Shown here one piece after another: positions 29,990 to 39,297 of a DNA stretch of 64,000 bases. This DNA is from Kamptonema formosum PCC 6407 (GTDB lineage: Bacteria > Cyanobacteriota > Cyanobacteriia > Cyanobacteriales > Microcoleaceae): assembly GCF_000332155.1 (NCBI RefSeq), contig NZ_KB235903.1, forward strand, positions 715,156 to 779,155, read 5' to 3'. Both the position numbers and the translations under genes were made by a program. The notes below the pieces were generated by a model. It worked only from the letters and a program-made list of their open reading frames with translations. It made no database searches and was not told the origin of the DNA. Position 1 is the stretch's first letter. Each line of letters starts with the position of its first letter.

Positions 29990-30802
29990 ATGAAATTAAT
30001 TCGGAAAGCAACTCTAACAACAGGATTGTTGATAGCCGCAGCTACATTTGGAACGGCTGCCCCTGCTCAAGCGTTCTCTCTCTACTTTGGTGAAGATTTG
30101 GGACAGGGAGAGCAAGTGCGCCTAAATGCCACTCCCAACGCTAATAGAGCCAGAGATGAGTTCCTCTCTAACCTCATAGGAGTAGGAACTGAAAACTTTG
30201 AGCGTTACTCAGTGGAAACGGAGGCTCCTCTGTCCATCAGTTTCGGCAGTGCTGGAACCGCCACTCTCCTTGGCAATGGTTTTATCGATAGTGTTAACGG
30301 AAATACTACTAATGGAGTGGGACGCTATCCAATTTCTGGTAATAAATACTGGGAGGCTAGCAATCTATTCGGGATTACCTTCTCAAAGGCAGTAGCTGCT
30401 TTCGGCTTTTACGGGGTTGATATTGGTGATTTTGAGGGACAACTAACGTTAACGCTGTTGAACACTCTTACCAATTTCCAGCAGACAGTCACGGTTCCCC
30501 ATACGATGCAGGGATTAGGCGGTGGAGTGCTCTATTTTGGTTTGATTGCTGAATCGGATGAACTGTTTGACCGAATTATGTTTGGCAATACTGCACCAGG
30601 AGTAGATTATTTTAGTTTTGACAACATGACGGTGGGTAGCCTCGAACAAGTTGTGCCAACGGAAACGGTTCCTGATGGAGGCCTTGGTCAAGGATCGTCG
30701 CAACCAGTACCCGAACCCTTGAGTATGGCGGGGATGATCTTGGGAGGGGCGATGCTTGCTGGTACTCGGAAGTTGCGCCAAACGGCAAAAAGTGGTGACT
30801 AA
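29990..30802 (+). CDS. Secreted PEP-CTERM-anchored protein
   Basis: Signal peptide ending AAPAQA. The C-terminus VPEPLSMAGMILGGAMLAGTRKLRQ is a PEP-CTERM sorting signal. Confidence 0.7.
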   Translation: MKLIRKATLTTGLLIAAATFGTAAPAQAFSLYFGEDLGQGEQVRLNATPNANRARDEFLSNLIGVGTENFERYSVETEAPLSISFGSAGTATLLGNGFIDSVNGNTTNGVGRYPISGNKYWEASNLFGITFSKAVAAFGFYGVDIGDFEGQLTLTLLNTLTNFQQTVTVPHTMQGLGGGVLYFGLIAESDELFDRIMFGNTAPGVDYFSFDNMTVGSLEQVVPTETVPDGGLGQGSSQPVPEPLSMAGMILGGAMLAGTRKLRQTAKSGD

Positions 30803-30946
30803 CAAAGGCTGAAATGGCATTGAGCAGTAAAATCCGATCGTCTTTATCCCTTGCTAAGGAACTTTTTCCTTAAAGTTAGGAAATCCCTGGGCGTTGCAGT
30901 TGGTAACTTGCTAAGCTTGAGCTAATTGCTCCCGATGAGGGAAGTT

Positions 30947-33055
30947 ATGAAAAGTTGCACAGAAAAAATCGCTCTGCTTCATTGTAATTATCAAGTCAAA
31001 GTTCGTACTCTGAAATGGTTAGTTGCTATCCTAGCAGCAACACTGACGATCGCAACAGTAGGGGCAGTCAAACCTGCACCTGCTGCTGAGCTAGTAACGC
31101 AAGCTAACTCTAGCCAAAGGCTCAGCCCAGTACCCCAGATGAGTCCGCAAATAGAGACAGTACAACAAGACTTACTGGGTGGAATCTTACCAATTATTCT
31201 GATCGGTGGCGCAATCGTCTGCATTCCTCTATTTTTTGGGGGTTTGGTGGTAATAGGCGATCGCGAAGTCGGCATTATCAGCAAAAAATTTAGCTTTTCG
31301 GGAAAATCCCTGCCCCCCGGCCGTTTAATTGCCCTCGATGGCGAAGCTGGATATCAGGCCGATACCTTACCTCCAGGGTGGCACTGGGGCTATTGGCCCA
31401 TACAGTACAACGTTCGCAAAGAACCCGTTACTGTAGTCCCCCAAGGTGAAATTGCTCTAATTGTCGCCGCAGATGGTGCGCCCATTCCGCCGCAGCGCAT
31501 TCTCGGCAAAGTTACAGATTCTGATAATTTCCAAGATGCCCGTAAATTCCTCAAAAGTGGTGGGGAAAAAGGTCGCCAACTGGGTATTATTACCACTGGT
31601 ACTTACCGTATTAATACTGCTCTGTTCACGGTAATTACTGCTGCTAACGCCGCTAAACATGGCATGAGTGCCGAACAGTTACGCCTCTACAGTATCAACC
31701 CCGATAAAGTTGGAATTGTCACCACATTTGACGGTATCCCGATTGAAGCTGGCGAAATCGCGGGAGAAACGATCCCCGATCACGACAATTTCCAAAACGC
31801 TCAGAAATTCATCAGTGGCGGTGGTAGGCGCGGGTTGCAAGAACAAGTTTTGCTCTCTGGTTCTTGGAACCTGAACCCTTGGTTTGCTGGTGTCGAACAA
31901 GTGGCGATGACAGAAATTCCGATCGGCTATGTTGGCGTGGTAATTTCTTATGTAGGCAATACCTCGGAAGATGTCAGCGGTGCTGCTTTTACTCATGGAA
32001 ACTTAGTAAATCCTGGCAATAAAGGTGTTTGGGTTGCACCTCTTTATCCTCGCAAACATCCGCTCAATACTCGGATTTTAAAAGTAGAGTTAGTGCCTAC
32101 TACTAACATTGTGCTTAACTGGTCGAGGCGCATGGAAAGACATAGTTATGATTCTCAACTTTCGTCTCTGACTGTGTGTTCTAAAGATGGTTTTTCCTTT
32201 GATTTAGAAGTATCACAAATTATTCACGTCGGGGCTTTAGATGCTCCCAAAGTGATCTCGCGGGTGGGTTCGATGCAAAATTTAGTGGATCATGTTTTGC
32301 AACCGACTATTGGCAATTACTTTCGTAATTCTGCCCAGGCTTATACTGTGTTGGACTTTCTGACGGCTAGAAGTGAGAGACAAGCGGAGGCTGCGGAGTA
32401 TATTAAAAGCGCACTTCGTTCTTACGATGTGCAGGCAATTGATACTTTGATCGGGGATATTTTGCCGCCTGCGGAACTGATGCAGACGCAAACCGATCGC
32501 AAAATTGCTGAAGAACAACGCAAGACCTATGATGTGCAGCAAATGGCTCAAACTCAACGGCAGCAGTTGGTACGGGAAACGGCCCTCGCGGATATTCAGC
32601 AAGAAATGGTTAAATCTGAGCAGGGTGTGAAAATTGCTGAGTTGAAGGCGAATGCTCAAATTCAGGAAGCAATGGGGGAGGCCGAGTCAATTCGGATGAC
32701 GGGAAATGCTAAGGCTGAAGCTTATCGCGCGGGGGTGGTGGCTTTGGGAACTTCTGGCTATACAGCGTTGCAGCTTATGCAGGTAATTGGCGATCGCCAA
32801 GTTCGGGTTGTTCCCGATGTTGCTGTCACTGGTAACGGCGGTGGTACGGGGTTAATTGATGGGTTACTGGGGATGATGCTGTGGAATCAAAATGGTAAGC
32901 ACGAAAGTTCTGATCCTACAACACAGGGAGAATCGACTGTTTTGCCTTCTGTCACAACAGCAGTCTCAAATCCGGCGGGATCTCCTGCGGCTCAAAAAGC
33001 TAAAAGCGATCGGCACTTGCATAAATCGCCCCTAGATTCTCCTCCTTTAAGCTAG
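30947..33055 (+). CDS. Flotillin-like SPFH/band-7 membrane protein
   Basis: N-terminal TM segments and a duplicated motif (F.DA.KFL.SGGE/RRG.Q). There is also an Ala/Glu/Gln-rich coiled-coil flotillin tail. The ATG at 30947 follows gaggga. Confidence 0.75.
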   Translation: MKSCTEKIALLHCNYQVKVRTLKWLVAILAATLTIATVGAVKPAPAAELVTQANSSQRLSPVPQMSPQIETVQQDLLGGILPIILIGGAIVCIPLFFGGLVVIGDREVGIISKKFSFSGKSLPPGRLIALDGEAGYQADTLPPGWHWGYWPIQYNVRKEPVTVVPQGEIALIVAADGAPIPPQRILGKVTDSDNFQDARKFLKSGGEKGRQLGIITTGTYRINTALFTVITAANAAKHGMSAEQLRLYSINPDKVGIVTTFDGIPIEAGEIAGETIPDHDNFQNAQKFISGGGRRGLQEQVLLSGSWNLNPWFAGVEQVAMTEIPIGYVGVVISYVGNTSEDVSGAAFTHGNLVNPGNKGVWVAPLYPRKHPLNTRILKVELVPTTNIVLNWSRRMERHSYDSQLSSLTVCSKDGFSFDLEVSQIIHVGALDAPKVISRVGSMQNLVDHVLQPTIGNYFRNSAQAYTVLDFLTARSERQAEAAEYIKSALRSYDVQAIDTLIGDILPPAELMQTQTDRKIAEEQRKTYDVQQMAQTQRQQLVRETALADIQQEMVKSEQGVKIAELKANAQIQEAMGEAESIRMTGNAKAEAYRAGVVALGTSGYTALQLMQVIGDRQVRVVPDVAVTGNGGGTGLIDGLLGMMLWNQNGKHESSDPTTQGESTVLPSVTTAVSNPAGSPAAQKAKSDRHLHKSPLDSPPLS

Positions 33056-33122
33056 CTTGATTGTGGTAAGTTCGTATGTATTGATATTTTGTACCATTAT
33101 CAATACTACGAGAAATTGACTC

Positions 33123-33407
33123 ATGTCTGAAACGTTTTCAACTGAAATTAGCGATCGCATCTGCTCTCACATGAACGAAGATCATGGGAATGCTGTAGTG
33201 CTTTACGCTCAAGCATTTGGTGGCATTTCCAGTGCAGCATCAGCACAAATGCGGGCAATTGATGCTACTGGCATGAATTTAACTGCTCAAGTCAATGGCG
33301 AAGATGTGCCCGTCCGTGTTAGCTTCGACCATATTTTAAAAGATGCCGAAGATGCTCACCACACTCTGATTGCTATGGTTAAACAGGCGCGGCAACTTAG
33401 CGAATAA
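33123..33407 (+). CDS. DUF2470-family protein
   Basis: ICSHMNEDHGNAVVLYAQAFGG is typical of DUF2470. Confidence 0.6.
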   Translation: MSETFSTEISDRICSHMNEDHGNAVVLYAQAFGGISSAASAQMRAIDATGMNLTAQVNGEDVPVRVSFDHILKDAEDAHHTLIAMVKQARQLSE

Positions 33408-33715
33408 ACTAAATTTAAGCGATGTTAGGCTTGCTAATTCTTTCGATCTCTAGACTTACACACCGAGCGCGAAAACAAATCAGAGATTGTTTGGGGATTA
33501 GTTAATTCCTGGCAATACTTCCGACTGCTTCGCTGCGATGCCTTCGGCCGGCGTAGCCATCGCAACGACGAAAGATGCTAAGCTTGCCTAATTCCAAGCA
33601 CAACTACCAAGACAGTTAGGACGTTCTTAAATTACGGAAATTATTGCTTTGATTGCATATTATTTCTGATTTAAAACTGCTGAATTTTGCAATAAATCTA
33701 AAATCGTTAAATTCA

Positions 33716-35299
33716 ATGATAGAAAATCCTCTTTATCCTAAAGGCAGTAATGCTGTTATTGGAGACGAAAATGCGCCTTTGTCTCCACTTGTAAAAAAAC
33801 TAAATTTAATGATTTTGGCGCGTTACCCACTACTATATATTGTCGCCGCCGAAGAAGAACCCGCCGAAGAAATAATTTCGCAAGTAGCACGAGAGCTAAC
33901 TCCTTCGCGCCGAATTTTATTGTGGGATATTGTGCGCGGCTGGGATGACAATGGCTCTGCTAAAGGCTCAGTAATGGCAGCACTGGATCGAATTAGCAAA
34001 ACTTCGGCTGAGGAATATACAATATTTGTACTGCGCGATTTACATCCTATTTTGAAATATCCCTACACAGAAAAAAATGCTCCCGCAGTTCGGGAGTTGC
34101 GGAATTTGGCACGGGAATTAAAGCGCAGCCGTAAGACGATAATTTTAACTTCTCACGTACTGGAATTACCAGAAGAATTGAAGGAGGAAGTAACAGTAGT
34201 TGACTTTCTTTTACCCAACGTAGAAGAGATTAATTATTTAATTTCTCAGTTTACCGATCGTCCAGAACAGTTAGAGATGAGCGACCTAGCAAAGGAACAG
34301 TTAGTAAAAGCTTGTCAAGGATTAAGTAGAGCTAGAATTAGGCGGGTTTTAGCTAAAGCCTTAGCAGCAAAACAGCAGATAAATGAGTCCGATATAGATG
34401 AGGTATTGGAAGAGAAGCGACAAGCAATTAGGCAGACGGGAATTCTAGAGTTTTTTACGACAAAAGAATCGCTAAAAAGTGTAGGGGGATTAGATAATTT
34501 AAAAGAGTGGATAAAACTGCGACAGGATGCTTTTACTGAGGAGGCTCAGCGCTACGGTATACCTAATCCTAAAGGAGTTTTGCTCGTAGGAATTCAAGGT
34601 AGTGGTAAATCACTTGCTGCTAAAAGTATTGCTCATGAATGGCATTTACCACTGTTACGAATGGATACTGGGAAGCTATTCGGGGGAATTGTAGGGGAAA
34701 GTGAAAGCCGCATTAGGCAAATGATTGAGTTAGCAGAAGCGATCGCGCCTTGTGTTTTGTGGATAGATCAAATTGACCTGGCTTTTGGGAATATTAATAG
34801 CGCTACAGAAAGGGATTCAGGTACGTCGCGGCGGGTATTTAGCAGTTTGATCAATTGGATGCAGGAAAAGACAAGTTCTGTGTTTATTGTGGCAACTGCA
34901 AATAATGTACGAATGTTGCCGATTGAGTTGTTACGAAAGGGTAAATTTGATGAGATTTTCTTTTTAAGTTTGCCCCATGAAATGGAAAGGTTAGAGATTT
35001 TTAAAGTACATTTGCAGCGGTTGCGTGGCGAAAGGTTAGGAGAGTTTGATTTGGCTTTGTTGGCAAGGCGTACTCAGGATTTTAGTGGTGCAGAAATTGA
35101 ACAAGTTGTGATTGACGGGTTATATCGGGCATTCGGGACTTTTGTCAATGGACAGCGTAAAGATTTGACAACGGAGGATATTTTAAGTGCAATTGAGGAT
35201 ACTGTACCATTGGCTGCGTTCGCAGGAGATAGAATTCAAGATTTGAATCAGTGGGCGACTGAAACTGGGGCGAAAATAGCATCTAAGGATAAGTATTAG
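33716..35299 (+). CDS. Ycf46-like AAA+ ATPase
   Basis: Walker A GIQGSGKSLAAK, then LFGGIVGESESRIRQMIELAE. The Walker B region reads CVLWIDQIDLAF. The ATG at 33716 is preferred. Confidence 0.75.
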   Translation: MIENPLYPKGSNAVIGDENAPLSPLVKKLNLMILARYPLLYIVAAEEEPAEEIISQVARELTPSRRILLWDIVRGWDDNGSAKGSVMAALDRISKTSAEEYTIFVLRDLHPILKYPYTEKNAPAVRELRNLARELKRSRKTIILTSHVLELPEELKEEVTVVDFLLPNVEEINYLISQFTDRPEQLEMSDLAKEQLVKACQGLSRARIRRVLAKALAAKQQINESDIDEVLEEKRQAIRQTGILEFFTTKESLKSVGGLDNLKEWIKLRQDAFTEEAQRYGIPNPKGVLLVGIQGSGKSLAAKSIAHEWHLPLLRMDTGKLFGGIVGESESRIRQMIELAEAIAPCVLWIDQIDLAFGNINSATERDSGTSRRVFSSLINWMQEKTSSVFIVATANNVRMLPIELLRKGKFDEIFFLSLPHEMERLEIFKVHLQRLRGERLGEFDLALLARRTQDFSGAEIEQVVIDGLYRAFGTFVNGQRKDLTTEDILSAIEDTVPLAAFAGDRIQDLNQWATETGAKIASKDKY

Positions 35300-35302
35300 A
35301 AA

Positions 35303-35492
35303 GAAGGGGCTAGGGGCTAGGGGCTAGGGACTAGGGAAAGAGGGGGAGATGGGCGAGGGGGGAGATGGGGGAGATGGGGGAGATGGAGAGGATGGGTAAT
35401 TAGCGATTAGCGATTAGCAATTAGCAATTAGCGATTAGCAATTAGCAATTAGCAATTAGCAATTACCAATTAGCAATTAGCAATTACCAATT
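35303..35492. repeat. Composite tandem-repeat block: (GGGGCTA)n, (GGGGGAGAT)n, (AATTAGC/AATTACC)n
   Basis: Three different short-unit arrays abut one another directly downstream of the AAA+ gene. Confidence 0.85.
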
Positions 35493-35501
35493 ACCAATTA
35501 C

Positions 35502-35792
35502 CTATCTACTTCCACCCGCAGACTCATCTTTTGGTGGATTATCTTGTCTCTGGGCGTAAATATTTCCTGATTTTTCAATTAATCTTGAATCTCGTTGCTT
35601 TGATATAATGTCATTACGAGGAACCGATTTAAGAACTGTCGAAGCTTCAGCGACTAAGGGGTGCGCGATGACTACCCTGGCTGAAGGCATCGCAATTGCT
35701 AATGCTGCGGTTCCGGTCAAAAATAGAGAATGCACTCTGGAAAAACTTAGCTTCATCTCCATCACCAAGAGAAAGCGGTCTATGTTTTTCAA
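35502..35792 (-). CDS. Possible small secreted protein (weak)
   Basis: 96-aa ORF with an internal hydrophobic signal-like segment LFLTGTAALAIAMPSA. No recognisable family. Confidence 0.25.
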   Translation of the reverse strand: MKNIDRFLLVMEMKLSFSRVHSLFLTGTAALAIAMPSARVVIAHPLVAEASTVLKSVPRNDIISKQRDSRLIEKSGNIYAQRQDNPPKDESAGGSR

Positions 35793-36217
35793 TATTTCAC
35801 GGCAATCGAGCTCAATGTTTGTCTGTGTAGTTAAAACTCACAAGGTAAGAGGAAAAGATAGCTGCATACACATCTGTGAATCTGCCTACACAAAGACACT
35901 ACTTTTTTACTTAGGGGGCTAGCTTAAGAGTAAATGGCTAATGGCTAATGGCTAATTGGTAATTGGTAATTGGGATACACAGATTTTACAGATTCCTCTG
36001 ATTTCACAGACTAAACGATCGTGACTCTAACTAATCCGTGTAATCCGTGTAATCGGTAAAATCCGCGATCGTAACTGGTAATTGGGAGGAAAGTTAAATG
36101 ATTAATAAGTGAAATTAGTTGCTTTATTGCTGATTTATGGTTGTATTTAACCGTACAAAATTCCCTATAAAACTAAAATATTTAGCAATACACTAGCATT
36201 AACTATAGGAAGCAAAG

Positions 36218-38077
36218 ATGAATCAATTAGAGTTCACGAAAGCATTTACAGCTTTGACACCAAGACAGCAAGAAGTGTTGTTAAAAGTTTTAGCTGGTGA
36301 AAAAGATGCAGATATTGCTGCTTCGTTACATATCACCAAAGAAACTGTGAGAAAACATATTGAAAATATTTGCGAAGCCTTTGGTTTGAGATATCAACAA
36401 GATCATGGCTTATCGCACCGCCCTAATTTAATTGCTCTATTTGCTAAATACAGACCGGAATTATTTAGCCGTTATCCTCAAAATAGCAGAAATAATACTC
36501 AAGTTTTGCTCAGCTACTACCGTAGTTTTGAACTAGATTTAGGTTTAATATCGCAGTTAGATGCGGCATTAAAAGCTAATGGGTGTAGAGTCTTTCAAGC
36601 TGGCAGTAATCTGCGAATGGCAAAAAACGGCCCACAGCAAATTTACGCAGAATTGAATCAAAGTGATTATTTATTGCTACTTTTATCGCCGCTTTCAGCT
36701 TGCAGCGAGATGGTGACAGAAGAGGTAAGGACTGCCAAAACTCTGCAAGGTTCGCGGGAGGGCAAACCTGTAATTATTCCGATTCGGATTAATTGCCCTT
36801 TTAGTTTACTAAACCATGATTTACGTGGCTATCTTCAGGGAATTAATGATTATGAGTGGTTGAAACCTGATGATACAGCAAAAATTGTCACGAGAATATT
36901 AGAAGTGATATTAGGCAGCAAAAGGCAAGAGGAAAAAGTAGTAGATAGCGGCTTAAATTCGTCTACAAATCAAGAGAAAGGAAGAAATTTAGAAACGCCA
37001 ACAGCTTTCCCGATAGTTTATGCTTTGACTCCAAATTACCCACCACAACCAATAGCAGAACCGGAGTTACCGAGAGGACAAGTCGAGTTAGCTTCTGCGT
37101 TTTATGTGGAAAGACAAGGAATTGAAGATCGTTGTTATGAGGCGATCGCGAAACCAGGTGCATTAATCCGCATCAAAGCGCCTCGCCAGATGGGAAAAAC
37201 TTCTCTAATGGCGAGAATTCTTCGCCGCGCCGAGTTGCAAGACTTTGCCGTAGTCCCTTTAAGCTTTCAGTTGGCAGATAGTAAAGTTTTTACCGATTTA
37301 GAACAGTTTTTGCGGTGGTTTTGTGCAAATGCTGCTTTGCAGCTAGATTTGCCGGATCGCTTAGCTGAATATTGGAATGGGATTTTTGGTGCTAAAGTAG
37401 CTTGTAAATCTTATTTTGAAAGATATTTGCTAGCAAATATTACAACTCCTTTAGCTTTAGGTTTAGATGAAGTAGATGTAGTGTTTAGATATCCTGAATT
37501 AGCCGCTGATTTTTTGGGATTGTTGCGTGCGTGGCACGAGGAAGCTAAAAATCGGGATATTTGGAAAAAATTGCGTTTAGTTGTCGTACACTCTACAGAG
37601 GTTTACGTGCCGATGGATGTCAATCAATCGCCATTTAATGTAGGTTTACCGATTGAGTTGCCGGAATTTAAACCGGAACAAGTGAAAGAATTAGCATTGC
37701 GGCATGGGTTGGCTTGGGGTGCAAAAGAAGTTGAGCAATTAATGGCAATGGTGGGAGGACATCCTTATCTGATTAGGTTGGCTTTCTATCACATTTCCCG
37801 ACAGGAAATAACTTTGTCAGAATTGTTAGCAACAGCACCGACTGATGCGGGACTTTATAGCGATCATTTGCGGCGGCATCTGTGGAATTTAGAACAGCAT
37901 CCAGACTTAGCAGCCGCTATAAAAAAGGTGGCAGATAGTGCTAGTCCAGTGCAACTAGAGTCAATGCAAGGTTTTAAGTTGCATAGTATGGGATTAGTGG
38001 AGTTTCAAGGTAATCAAGTAAGGCCCCGCTGCAATTTGTACCGCAATTATTTTAAGGTGCGTTTAGGAAATGAATAA
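36218..38077 (+). CDS. LuxR-type HTH + TIR-like domain + P-loop STAND/AAA-like (AAA_35-type) ATPase
   Basis: HTH: LTPRQQEVLLKVLAGEKDADIAASLHITKETVRKHIENI. TIR-like: VLLSYYRS...YLLLLLSPLSACSEMVTEEV...PVIIPIR. NTPase: FYVERQ...APRQMGKTSLMARIL and LGLDEVDVVF. Confidence 0.7.
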   Translation: MNQLEFTKAFTALTPRQQEVLLKVLAGEKDADIAASLHITKETVRKHIENICEAFGLRYQQDHGLSHRPNLIALFAKYRPELFSRYPQNSRNNTQVLLSYYRSFELDLGLISQLDAALKANGCRVFQAGSNLRMAKNGPQQIYAELNQSDYLLLLLSPLSACSEMVTEEVRTAKTLQGSREGKPVIIPIRINCPFSLLNHDLRGYLQGINDYEWLKPDDTAKIVTRILEVILGSKRQEEKVVDSGLNSSTNQEKGRNLETPTAFPIVYALTPNYPPQPIAEPELPRGQVELASAFYVERQGIEDRCYEAIAKPGALIRIKAPRQMGKTSLMARILRRAELQDFAVVPLSFQLADSKVFTDLEQFLRWFCANAALQLDLPDRLAEYWNGIFGAKVACKSYFERYLLANITTPLALGLDEVDVVFRYPELAADFLGLLRAWHEEAKNRDIWKKLRLVVVHSTEVYVPMDVNQSPFNVGLPIELPEFKPEQVKELALRHGLAWGAKEVEQLMAMVGGHPYLIRLAFYHISRQEITLSELLATAPTDAGLYSDHLRRHLWNLEQHPDLAAAIKKVADSASPVQLESMQGFKLHSMGLVEFQGNQVRPRCNLYRNYFKVRLGNE

Positions 38078-38104
38078 TTAAAAAACTAGAGATAAAAAGT
38101 TGAC

Positions 38105-39277
38105 ATGAGATATGAAGTCAATTTAGAATATACTTATCAAGTTGGGGGCTGCTTGCCGCTAGATGCACCAACTTATATCACTAGAAAAGCCGATATTGAG
38201 TTAATGGAAAGTTTGAAAGCCGGAGAATTTTGTTATGTGTTAAATTCACGCCAAACTGGAAAGTCTTCCTTGCGAGTTAGAACGATGCAAAGGTTGCAAG
38301 CTGAAGGTTTTGCCTGTGCAGCAATTGACTTAACGGCAATTGGCAATCGCAATATTGAAGCTCACCAATGGTATGCTGGTTTAGTTTATAGTTTAGCTAA
38401 TGGTTTTGATATTTTAGATCGGTTTGATGTCAGTCGCTGGTGGTGCGATCGCGAACTACTTTCTCCCGTGCAAAGGTTTAGTCAGTTTCTTGAAGAGGTG
38501 CTGTTAAAAGAGGTTGCTCAAAATTTAGTCATTTTTATTGATGAAATTGATAGCATTCTCAGCTTGAACTTCCTTCCTGACGACTTTTTTGCTGCGATCG
38601 AAGCTTGCTATAATAGACGTGCAGAGGAGGTAAAATACAGGCGACTTACTTTTACAATCTTGGGTGTGGCAAACAAGAGCGATTTGATAATTGACAAACA
38701 TCGGACGGCAATTTTTAGTATTGGTAGAGCTATTCATTTAGAGGGTTTTCAGTTGCAGGAATGCCAGCCTTTAGCCGCTGGGTTAGCTGAGAAATTAGAG
38801 AATGCTGAGAATGCGATCGCAGAGATATTATCTTGGACGGCAGGACAACCATTTCTAACTCAAAAGCTATGCAAACTATTAATACAAAAACTTCTGAATA
38901 ATTGTCAATCCCGAATCCTAAATTCTCCAACTGAAGTTTCTGAGTTGGTAAATTATTTAGCCATTAATCAGATCGTAGAAAACTGGCAAGGACAAGATGA
39001 GCCAGAGCATTTAAAGACAGTGCGCGATCGCGTACTCAGAAAATCAGATCGACCTAGCCACCTGCTAGAATTATATCAGCAAGTTTTGCAAAACAAACAA
39101 ATTGTTGTTGATGATAGTTCTGAGCAATTAGAATTGAGACTTTCAGCATTAGTAGTCAAACGTGAAGGAAAGTTGGAGGTTGCTAACCGGATATACAAAT
39201 CAGTTTTTAACATTAATTGGGTGGAAGAACAATTAGCACTTATGCGCGAGAATGCCCTTCCCATTTTTAATTCTTAA
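38105..39277 (+). CDS. P-loop STAND/AAA-like ATPase (stand-alone paralog)
   Basis: [20 protein letters not shown]...[27 protein letters not shown], Walker [12 protein letters not shown], and [13 protein letters not shown]. This module usually sits at the N-terminus of large cyanobacterial repeat proteins. Confidence 0.7.
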   Translation: MRYEVNLEYTYQVGGCLPLDAPTYITRKADIELMESLKAGEFCYVLNSRQTGKSSLRVRTMQRLQAEGFACAAIDLTAIGNRNIEAHQWYAGLVYSLANGFDILDRFDVSRWWCDRELLSPVQRFSQFLEEVLLKEVAQNLVIFIDEIDSILSLNFLPDDFFAAIEACYNRRAEEVKYRRLTFTILGVANKSDLIIDKHRTAIFSIGRAIHLEGFQLQECQPLAAGLAEKLENAENAIAEILSWTAGQPFLTQKLCKLLIQKLLNNCQSRILNSPTEVSELVNYLAINQIVENWQGQDEPEHLKTVRDRVLRKSDRPSHLLELYQQVLQNKQIVVDDSSEQLELRLSALVVKREGKLEVANRIYKSVFNINWVEEQLALMRENALPIFNS

Positions 39278-39297
39278 TTTTTAATTATTAATTGCTT

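Noticed and set aside
35303-35975. Possible CRISPR array near the Cas6-like operon
   Set aside because: The repeats are contiguous 7-9-nt microsatellites without unique spacers. No 25-40-nt repeat/spacer periodicity was seen here or elsewhere in the window.
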